Positions 38,801-45,456 of a stretch of 64,000 nt of DNA are shown here, in pieces. Location of the stretch: positions 3,193 to 67,192 of the forward strand of contig WQXJ01000004.1 of the NCBI GenBank assembly GCA_009784895.1, given 5' to 3'. Below the pieces are notes generated by a model, which saw only the letters and a program-made list of their open reading frames with translations, had not been told where the DNA came from and did no database searches. The position numbers were made by a program, and so were the translations under genes. The DNA comes from Micrococcales bacterium (lineage in GTDB: Bacteria; Actinomycetota; Actinomycetes; Actinomycetales; WQXJ01). The number at the start of each line of letters is the position of its first letter. The first letter of the stretch is position 1.

Positions 38801-41800
38801 GCAGCTCAGTACAGAGACGTTGGCGCAGATCAGCCGCCTGGGTGATGAACCGATCAACCCGCCCCTGATAGGCCACTGGATCGAAGCCTCGCAAACCGGT
38901 GCCATCCAACCGCTCAACTAGGGTGGCTTGAGCGATCGCCGCCTGGATCATTTCGTCTAGCTGGCCGCCATCGACGGCGCCTTGGTCGAGAACTTGGTCG
39001 GCCCCTTGCACACCCAGTTGAGCCAGACGGTCCAATTCGCGGCGAACCCGAAGGAAGGCCGCCAGCCGCGGCGCGCCTTTCTCCAGATCGGCCTGCCAGT
39101 CATCAAGCCTGTTTACAATCTGATCGAGAAGCGATTGGTTGCCTCGCCACTGCTCCAGCCGCTCCGGCGTGACATCTAGAAGCCTGAACAACTCCCGCAG
39201 GACCTCAGCCGTCCGTTTGACGTCTCGAGCCGACCAACCCCGGGCCCTGTGCCCGGCTTGGTCCCTCACTTGCTCGGCCGCCTGGTCGAAGGTCGCCTGA
39301 TCGATCAACCCGTTGCCTCGAAGCAACCAACCTGCCCGCACAGCTCTTTCTGCCAGCCAGAGCGACTGTTCGACCTGCGAATAGTCGGCCTCGACATAAG
39401 GGTTCCAGCGTTTGGGCAGGTCGATGCCAGGAAGGGCAGCCAGGGCCGCCTCGACATCAAGTACGGCCAATTCGGCCCGCTCAGCGCCTTGCAGTATCTC
39501 CGTCAATTGCTTCAGCGGCACGTTTTCGGCATCACGCCAATAGCCCTCGAGCTCGGTCACAATCTCCCGGCGCATCCTGGCCTTGCCAATTCGGCTGGAA
39601 TCAGCCCGGTGGGCCAGCCCAATCACCGCACCCCATTCGAAACCAATCACTTCAGGGTCAAACCACTCCAGCAAGGGTTTGTACTCGATACGCAGACGCC
39701 TCAATCGTTTCGTCGCCACTTCAGCCGTGCGCAGCCATTCTTCGGCCCCGATGCCCTCAACTTGGCGCGGTGTTAACGCGTCTTTGGCCCCAATTGTGTC
39801 CAGCCACTGGGCCAAGGCGTCCAACCCGGCTGGGTCACGCGCAGCACAGGCTAGTTGCCAAACCGGCCCTTCAAGACCGGACGCCACCTCCCCTAAAGCC
39901 TCAACTGCCTGCGCCAGGCTCTTCAGGTCAAGCCCAGGCTGTGCCGCTCGCCGCTCCAGGCCGGCATCGGCCGGTTTTGTGTCAACTTGGCCGGCCACGG
40001 ACAGATTCGCGCCAACCAGCCGCCAAGGCGAATCTGCCACCAAACCGCCCATTTGGCCTAGGTCTTGGGCCAACCGGCCTCCCGCCTCGACCACCGCCGC
40101 CAACCGCTGATCCTGCCGCAGAACCTCAGGCCCCACCGTCAAGACCGGGTCTGGGCCACGCGTTTCGACCACGGCCGCAGCCCCCAGAAGATCCTGGTGG
40201 GCCTGCCAAACCGACTTGCCCATGGGGCCCGGGCTGTGCAGCCGCTGCGGGTACTGCGACAAATGCGCCACCTCTTCGCGCTGAGCCGCTAGGGCAACGT
40301 CCCAGCCAGGTGAAGTGCCCGGAGTGAATTCGATGGCTCGGCGCAGTTGGTCTATGACGGCCGCCACGGTCTGGTGCCGGCCATACAGGTCCAGGCAGAA
40401 CGGCGCCAACCCAACCGAGTCCAGGCGCCGTTTGACCACGTCCAAGGCAGTTTGCTTCTGAGCCACAAAAAGGACCGATTTGCCCGTCACCAGGCAATGC
40501 GCAATCAGGTTGGTGATGGTCTGAGATTTGCCTGTCCCCGGCGGGCCTTCTAGGACAAATGAATGGCCACCGGCAGCCCAACGAACGGCCTGGGCCTGGC
40601 CTGAATCGGCTGCCAAAGGTAGGTAGCTGGCAAACTCGCCGGCCTCTGGCAGGGAGGGTGTGGCGGGAGTCGCCATCCCGGTCTGGTTGGCTCCCAGAGC
40701 TAGGCCGTGAACAGGCTCACGCTGGCTCAAATGAGACCAGTTCATGGACAAGTCGTGCCAAATATCCATGGTGTGGGTCTGAAGGCAAATCAGGTAGGCC
40801 ACTGGCTCGACCCGGAAACAGTCGAACCTGGAGCCGGCGATGGCCCGGCCCGTCGCCTCCAGGATCTGTTCAACTTCGAGACTGCCTTCGTCACCGGTTA
40901 GCTGAGCCAGCGCTGGGATTTCCAGGCCCCAAACTGTCCGCAGTTTCTCAGCCAGGCAGAGGTTAGGGACAGCCCGGCGCGCCGGATCCAACACCATTTC
41001 GAAGTGCTGGCCACTGCGTGACTCGGTCAAATCAACCGGCACCAGACAAAGCGGCGCGTCGCCGCGTCCCTGGCGGTCCGCTTCCATCCATTGCAGCGCA
41101 CCAAGGGCCAAGTAGAGGCTGGCCTGGCTGGTCTCTTCCATGGCCAGGCGCGAGCGCCGGTCAAGGCTCCTCAGCCTGGCCGCGAAAGCGCCTTTTGACA
41201 CAGTGGCATAAGCCACGCCAGAGACCTCCAGAGCGTCAATTAGGCCCCCTCCGTCCGCCATTTGGGACCCTTCGCCGCCTCCTGGCCTGCTGGCCTGGGC
41301 TAACGAGTCCTTTGGCAATAGCTTGACCGGGCGCCCGGCGGCGACCACGGACCCCAAACGGCCCAGGCCGGCGGCAGGTAGATGCAGCGGCACCGTCAAG
41401 CCGGATCTGCGTTTGGTCAGCGGATTGCAGTCTGACGAATCGACTAGCGCCCGCTGCCAGGCCTGCACCCGGCTGGGGATCGCGGCATCGGGCGCAATAC
41501 TGGCTGATGCCGGTGGCTTCGCTGGGGCAGGTGGCGGCGACGGCGGCACCGGGGCAGGTGGCGGCGACGGCGGCACCGGGGCAGGTGGCGGCGACGGCGG
41601 CACCTGGGCAGGCGGCCCGGACGGCTTAGAGGTTTGGTCTGGCGGCAGCGGCCGGCGGGCCTGACGCGGCTGCGGCGACCGGCGCGGCTGCGGTGGCCGG
41701 CGAGGCTGACGCCGCTGGGCCGGCCGATCTGACTCGGTTGACTGCGGTGGCCGGGTTAGCTCGGGCTTTTGGACTGGCGGCGCAGTTGGCTGGGCTGGCT

Positions 41801-43829
41801 CGGGTGGCGCGGTTGGCGCAGGTTCCGGCGGCGACGGCCTCGCTTGTGGTGCCGGATGCGGCTGTGGCGGGTGGACCGGGCCGTCTTTGGCCACGCGGCC
41901 ACGAAGACCCGCGCCTGGCGGCAACCCGGCGACAGCCTGGCCCAGCTGGCCCACGATTGGCAGAGGTTTGACCACCCCGTGGGCGGCATGGACATCAACC
42001 AGGTAGGTGATCTGGTCCTGACCGGATTGGAGATGCTTGGCGGCAATCGTGCTGGCCTGCTCAAAGGTCAGCGCCTGGAAGCGCAAACACAAGGCGGTGG
42101 CCTCGACCCCAACCAAACGTCTCGACGCCGCCACCGAGGCCAGCGTTCTCTTGTCTTCGACGGCCACCACCGGCAGTTGGGCATCCTCAGTCAGAAAGCC
42201 GGCGAAGGCGTGGTCCGCCGTGACGGCGATGACTGGGTGGATGCCAGCCCGCTCCAAAGCTGCGGTGTAAATGCAGGTCAAATCCAGGCAAGTGCCCCGC
42301 CTGTCATGCAGAACTTCCCAGTGGGTGCGAATGCGCTGGCCAGAGCCCTCGAATGTCCCGGCCGGATCAGACAGCAGCAGACGGCGGCTGGCCAAAGCGT
42401 CGTAGATGGCAGCGGCAATCGCCATGACCCTTTCGGGGCCCGACTCATAACCATTCAGGCTGGCCGAACCAGTCTTCTGCTCGAGGCGCTGGCTGGCCGC
42501 CCTGAGCACTGCGTCAATGGCCGGGTCCTCGGGGCGGACAAAAGCAGCAATGGCCTCTGGCACGGACATAGCCCACCACTCGTTGGCGGCCAGTAGCCGG
42601 ATCACGCCCGATCCCCAGGCCTTGGCCTCACCGGCGTCCAGTCCTAGGCGGATTGTCGTCATGACGGCCTCATTCAGCCCGCCAAATACGGCCGGATCAA
42701 CCGAAATCACCCGCCTGGTGGCGGGCAACTCCAACAATTCCCCCGGCCCCAACGGTCCAACCTGGATGTCAACCTGGGCAGTGACTTCATCAGTTCTTGG
42801 GCCCGGCGCATCAATCACAACTGATAACGTCACCGGCTTGGTCCTGGTATCGGTGGTGTTGACCACGGCCACAGTGGTCAGCGGCGTGGCCCGGTTGGAA
42901 GCGAGGGCCAAGTTGAAAGCGTCACGATAGGCCAGATAAGCCACCACGCCGTTCGACTGGGTTGTGCAGGATCGGATACCGGGACCAAGTTCACGCTCGG
43001 CGAATGGTGCCAGCCCCCTAGCCGTCACTGAGCCCGGACCGGAACCAACAGCCGCACCGGCGTCGACGCCCACGGCACCTCCGCCAGGAGTCGGGCCCAA
43101 AGCGGCTCTGGAGCCCTCAACCGGTTTTCGGCCCGGTGCCGCGCCTGGCTGGTGGTCTGGGCGTTCTTTGGCTGTCGAATCCGCCTTTGGGTCTGGCCGG
43201 CGCCTTGGGCCCAGGGAGCCTTTCTGGTCCGCCGGCTCGGCGACAGTGACAACTACCGGGATCTCTTGGGTGCCAAAATCGGTCAGAGTCGGCTGGTAGG
43301 GAAGCGATTGATGCCCATCACCGGCGTCTAGCAAGCCGATCAAGAAGCCCACCTCTTGGTCCAAGTTGAGCGCCTGGGCCAGCTGGGCCATAGTGTCCAA
43401 AGCGCGGTCGGCCTGCCGGCGGGTGATGGAATCTGGCCGGGAGACTCGGCCGGCTTGGCGGACAATCTCCCCCACCATGGCTCGGTACTCCTGGCCAAAG
43501 GCCGGCATGACCCTGGTGTGGGCTTCGATTGCCTGCAGCAACTGCTCTAGGTTCTGGGCCGAGCCGACGCTGGGCTCTTGGCCTGGTTGCGGGTCTGGCC
43601 TGGGCGTTGGTTTTGGCCTTGGCTGCTCGGGCCAGGTTCCGGGCAAGATCTGACTGTTCTGTCCCCACAAGGGGTCCTGCGCAGATGACGGCAAGGCCGC
43701 CTCGACCATGGATCTGAGGGCTGTTTCGAGCGCGCTAAGGCCCATGGCCAACCGCTCGGCGTCGCTCTGGTTGGTCGTCATTGCCCTATTGAACCTGTCC
43801 AATCTTGCGGCTCGAAGCCACTGGCCCAT
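35838..43829 (-). CDS. Giant (2,663-aa) multidomain helicase. Modules in order are a transglutaminase-like N-module, a Pro-rich linker, a DUF4011-like region, an Upf1-like SF1 helicase (AAA_11/AAA_12), a DUF559/Vsr-like nuclease fold, a tandem-repeat tract and a DUF3320-like C-terminus.
   Basis: Uninterrupted ORF. Transglutaminase-like motifs RGTCLDL...DHAFAGF, with the Cys codon at 42288-42290. DUF4011-like motifs RVQAWQRALVDSS and LYLALGALQW..APLCLVPV. Helicase motifs are Walker A GPPGTGKSQT (40518-40547), FDEASQ (~38560-38580), WHYRSLDESLLAFSN, VQGDERDVII and VAVTRARRQV. Nuclease-fold motifs SSFRVDLAV...VAVMLDG...DRD...HRIW (~37400-37650). C-terminal EEGPVVADRLIRIVAARFG...IAWPAGVD. Confidence 0.85.
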   Translation of the reverse strand: MGQWLRAARLDRFNRAMTTNQSDAERLAMGLSALETALRSMVEAALPSSAQDPLWGQNSQILPGTWPEQPRPKPTPRPDPQPGQEPSVGSAQNLEQLLQAIEAHTRVMPAFGQEYRAMVGEIVRQAGRVSRPDSITRRQADRALDTMAQLAQALNLDQEVGFLIGLLDAGDGHQSLPYQPTLTDFGTQEIPVVVTVAEPADQKGSLGPRRRPDPKADSTAKERPDHQPGAAPGRKPVEGSRAALGPTPGGGAVGVDAGAAVGSGPGSVTARGLAPFAERELGPGIRSCTTQSNGVVAYLAYRDAFNLALASNRATPLTTVAVVNTTDTRTKPVTLSVVIDAPGPRTDEVTAQVDIQVGPLGPGELLELPATRRVISVDPAVFGGLNEAVMTTIRLGLDAGEAKAWGSGVIRLLAANEWWAMSVPEAIAAFVRPEDPAIDAVLRAASQRLEQKTGSASLNGYESGPERVMAIAAAIYDALASRRLLLSDPAGTFEGSGQRIRTHWEVLHDRRGTCLDLTCIYTAALERAGIHPVIAVTADHAFAGFLTEDAQLPVVAVEDKRTLASVAASRRLVGVEATALCLRFQALTFEQASTIAAKHLQSGQDQITYLVDVHAAHGVVKPLPIVGQLGQAVAGLPPGAGLRGRVAKDGPVHPPQPHPAPQARPSPPEPAPTAPPEPAQPTAPPVQKPELTRPPQSTESDRPAQRRQPRRPPQPRRSPQPRQARRPLPPDQTSKPSGPPAQVPPSPPPAPVPPSPPPAPVPPSPPPAPAKPPASASIAPDAAIPSRVQAWQRALVDSSDCNPLTKRRSGLTVPLHLPAAGLGRLGSVVAAGRPVKLLPKDSLAQASRPGGGEGSQMADGGGLIDALEVSGVAYATVSKGAFAARLRSLDRRSRLAMEETSQASLYLALGALQWMEADRQGRGDAPLCLVPVDLTESRSGQHFEMVLDPARRAVPNLCLAEKLRTVWGLEIPALAQLTGDEGSLEVEQILEATGRAIAGSRFDCFRVEPVAYLICLQTHTMDIWHDLSMNWSHLSQREPVHGLALGANQTGMATPATPSLPEAGEFASYLPLAADSGQAQAVRWAAGGHSFVLEGPPGTGKSQTITNLIAHCLVTGKSVLFVAQKQTALDVVKRRLDSVGLAPFCLDLYGRHQTVAAVIDQLRRAIEFTPGTSPGWDVALAAQREEVAHLSQYPQRLHSPGPMGKSVWQAHQDLLGAAAVVETRGPDPVLTVGPEVLRQDQRLAAVVEAGGRLAQDLGQMGGLVADSPWRLVGANLSVAGQVDTKPADAGLERRAAQPGLDLKSLAQAVEALGEVASGLEGPVWQLACAARDPAGLDALAQWLDTIGAKDALTPRQVEGIGAEEWLRTAEVATKRLRRLRIEYKPLLEWFDPEVIGFEWGAVIGLAHRADSSRIGKARMRREIVTELEGYWRDAENVPLKQLTEILQGAERAELAVLDVEAALAALPGIDLPKRWNPYVEADYSQVEQSLWLAERAVRAGWLLRGNGLIDQATFDQAAEQVRDQAGHRARGWSARDVKRTAEVLRELFRLLDVTPERLEQWRGNQSLLDQIVNRLDDWQADLEKGAPRLAAFLRVRRELDRLAQLGVQGADQVLDQGAVDGGQLDEMIQAAIAQATLVERLDGTGLRGFDPVAYQGRVDRFITQAADLRQRLCTELPARIVAARNFDGDVSFAQIGELFSQLARRRGGLTFRQLLEVGGQEVRKLVPCFLMSPASVARYLPGDLEGFDVVVFDEASQIRVPEAIGAAGRGQAVVVVGDSKQAPASIGSVSAEQNASDPASSGREEASLVPAAEDSILVEAARLGWPKLDLTWHYRSLDESLLAFSNTQYYGGRLATFPSPPADAGAPRGVVLRRVTGTWENDVTGVGGVNRSEAYGVVHELRDQLASHPQWTFGVVAFSDQQRDLILDLLDEVRVSDARLDSALSRTDAPLFVKNLDSVQGDERDVIIMTLAVAPDGEGRAPSNWGLLTRVDGERWLNVAVTRARRQVVVLTSFDPTGWDLSGSSSLGLAHLKDYLLAAEHGQRWLVGADKAPQDLHQDQVAAALRAAGLEVVENYGLSSFRVDLAVRREGSPSWVAVMLDGPNWARRPSVGDRDGLPAWILAGQLDWLAVHRIWLPAWLKSPQSEVEAIVRLTNPDPTPPISRESELSHDPEVPPPSPTDLPVSRESELPQPMSADFEPLPESEVPQPPPTDLPLSRETELPHQPSTDLPLSRETEVLQPVPAGFDLPPESEVLQQPPTDLPVSRESEVSQQPPTDLPVSRESEVSQQPPTDLPVSRESELSQQPPADLPVSRESELPHDPEVSQPSPTDLPISRESELSHDLEVPPPSPADLPVSRETELSQQSPTDLPVSRETELPHQPSTDLPLSRESELSHDAEVSPPSPADLPLSRETELPHAPGTSHETEVLQPMPADFGPPPVAEAEPSSQDPAQPPTATPAIDHDSAVPQALEGPERTADTLVFKAAAEQAGHRPEDMVSRSKKEVSPVGQVAIAVVSEEGPVVADRLIRIVAARFGIGQMTDEQRKSLRKSLPVGLLHAAQNGDSIAWPAGVDPPSYAGFRVPGDRRQLDEIPYHELRNAMIEAVCRDPGKGRDETFARTASAFGVQMDSEARQRLDGVLEGALREGRLAVENGLVTETEQPV
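36540..37350 (-). repeat. In-frame 48-bp tandem-repeat tract inside the giant helicase gene, encoding PTDLP(V/L)SRE(S/T)E(L/V)(S/P)QQP-type 16-aa units with 22-aa variants
   Basis: There are 13 clear DLPxSRE(S/T)E units plus about 3 degenerate ones. Four near-identical consecutive 48-bp units occupy 36879-37070 (ctcggactcgcgggaaacaggcagatcagttgggggttgctgcgaaac). Confidence 0.9.
41524..41604 (-). repeat. Perfect 3 x 27-bp tandem repeat encoding (PPSPPPAPV)x3 within the Pro-rich linker of the giant gene
   Basis: ggggcaggtggcggcgacggcggcacc repeated three times without mismatch (41524-41550, 41551-41577, 41578-41604). Confidence 0.9.
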
Positions 43830-43852
43830 CGTAATCTCAGGTGGGCCATCTA

Positions 43853-43870
43853 GGTGGCGAATTGGCCACC
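43853..43870. promoter_or_regulatory. Inverted repeat in the divergent intergenic region upstream of the giant gene; candidate operator
   Basis: GGTGGC-gaattg-GCCACC lies 24 nt upstream of the ATG at 43829. A related half-site GGTGGGCC sits at 43840-43847. TGGCCCA (43822-43828) and TGGGCCA (43842-43848) also form an inverted pair around the start codon. Confidence 0.2.
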
Positions 43871-44074
43871 GGCGAGCCGCCTATCCCCCATTCCAAGGTG
43901 GCCGGGCCTGGGTTGCAGCTCAAGTCTGCGGCGACCCGGGCGTGGCTCGGCTTGCCGACATTGCGGCTGGTAAGGGCGCATTTGCCCGATGGCGTCGCTT
44001 GTCACTGCCGTTAATCTAAGGCAGCATTACCTTGTTACGGGGAAGGTCATGATCACACAGCTATTCACCGCCAA

Positions 44075-45274
44075 TTGGCAAATCTGGCTCGAAAACGATC
44101 ACCAGGGCGCGCTTCGCTTAGGCCGGGTTCTGCCCGCGCGGTCGTTGGGACAACTGACGTGACCCACCACCCCGGACCGTCCGTTAGTGCGGCTGTCCTG
44201 CTGCTGACCGAGCGCCTTGAGCCGCTAATACGCCGCAGGCTAGAACCGATGCTGGGCTCTGCGCCGTGGACTGATGCCCTGGTGGAGCTCGACCGGGTCA
44301 GGGGCTGTGAGCCGGTCACATTTGAAGCCAATGACCCGAAAGCCCAGCTGCGGCTGGTAACCGAACGGCTAGGCCAGCTGGGGTACCCGTTCGAACCCGA
44401 CGATGGCCACGGGTCGGTAACCAATTCGGGCCTGGCCCTTCGAGTGACGGTTTGCCGTTTGGCTCAAGGCAGCCAGTTCACCGCACCCGAGGCTTGGCGG
44501 GCCTACGACCTGGTCCGCCAACTGCTCGACGCACTGGGCGATAGTGAAGGTGCCGTCGCGGCCTCGACCGGCCAGGCTGCCTTGGTCGAGTTGGCCAGCG
44601 AACAAGAGGGTCTGACCTTGGATGAGATCCGGGGGCCGGAACTAGTGAACCTGCCGGCCAAACCTCGGTCGAAAAGAAAGGAGCCAGACCAGCCCGTTGT
44701 GCCGGCATCGGAAGTCTGGGATCTCCCGTTTGACAGCCTCAAGCGGCTGATTGGCCGCCGCCGCCCTGCGTTCGAACCGTGGGTGGCGGTACCCGTTGGT
44801 CAACCAGATCAGCTTTCCCGAACCGACCAGCCAGCCGTCAGAGACCAAATTAGGGCTCTGGCCCTGGAAATCGCCAAGTTCGAAGGCCCCATTCACGTCC
44901 ACCGGTTGGCCACCCTGATCGCTCACTCGTTCGGTGTGCCCCGCCTGTTCCCAAAGCGCTCGGTCGATATCACCGACCAGATCCTCCTGACCCAGGGCCT
45001 CGAGGTTGACGTAGACGACTTCATCTGGCCATTTGCCGTCGACCGGGTGGGCTGGCGCCAGTTCAGGCCCAATGATTCAACCGTCGACCGCCCGGCCTGG
45101 GCCATCAGCCCGGTTGAGATCGCCAATGCGGCCGAGTTTTGGCTGGAGCGATCGGTTGGAGGCAGCGACCTGGAAGGGACTATTCTGCGAACCTTTGGCC
45201 AACACCGAGCCAGTCGAGACAACCGCAGGCACATCCGCTTGAGCATCCAAGACCTGGCCCTGGCCCACGCCTGA
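44075..45274 (+). CDS. DUF3320-like domain protein with an N-terminal helical domain resembling a degenerate Swt1-like HEPN; divergent partner of the giant helicase
   Basis: The C-terminal half (ALEIAKFEGPIHVHRLATLIAHSFGVPRL...DFIWPFAVDRVGWRQFRP...ILRTFGQHRASRDNRRHI) aligns by eye with the giant protein's C-terminus (VSEEGPVVADRLIRIVAARFGIGQM...DSIAWPAGVDPPSYAGFRVP...TFARTASAFGVQMDSEARQRL). The ORF opens at TTG 44075. GTG 44159 is a likelier start. Confidence 0.65.
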   Translation: MANLARKRSPGRASLRPGSARAVVGTTDVTHHPGPSVSAAVLLLTERLEPLIRRRLEPMLGSAPWTDALVELDRVRGCEPVTFEANDPKAQLRLVTERLGQLGYPFEPDDGHGSVTNSGLALRVTVCRLAQGSQFTAPEAWRAYDLVRQLLDALGDSEGAVAASTGQAALVELASEQEGLTLDEIRGPELVNLPAKPRSKRKEPDQPVVPASEVWDLPFDSLKRLIGRRRPAFEPWVAVPVGQPDQLSRTDQPAVRDQIRALALEIAKFEGPIHVHRLATLIAHSFGVPRLFPKRSVDITDQILLTQGLEVDVDDFIWPFAVDRVGWRQFRPNDSTVDRPAWAISPVEIANAAEFWLERSVGGSDLEGTILRTFGQHRASRDNRRHIRLSIQDLALAHA

Positions 45275-45456
45275 CCAGCCCCTTTACGCGAGTCCAGGCT
45301 TTCGCACCACCCCAGCCAACCGTCATCGGGCACCGCGTGGGCCGCCTCGACACTAGACTGGACTGACAACACAACCGCAGCCATTACCTGGATTGGCAGC
45401 AACCATCAGCCACTGTCAACCGCTTGAGGTTGTTGTCTTGGAGGGGGAGTCCCAAG

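Noticed and set aside
45406-45413. A possible att-type direct repeat of the tRNA-His 3' end (tcagccac) that would delimit an island
   Set aside because: The match is only 8 nt, with no extension on either side and no integrase. This is well within chance expectation.
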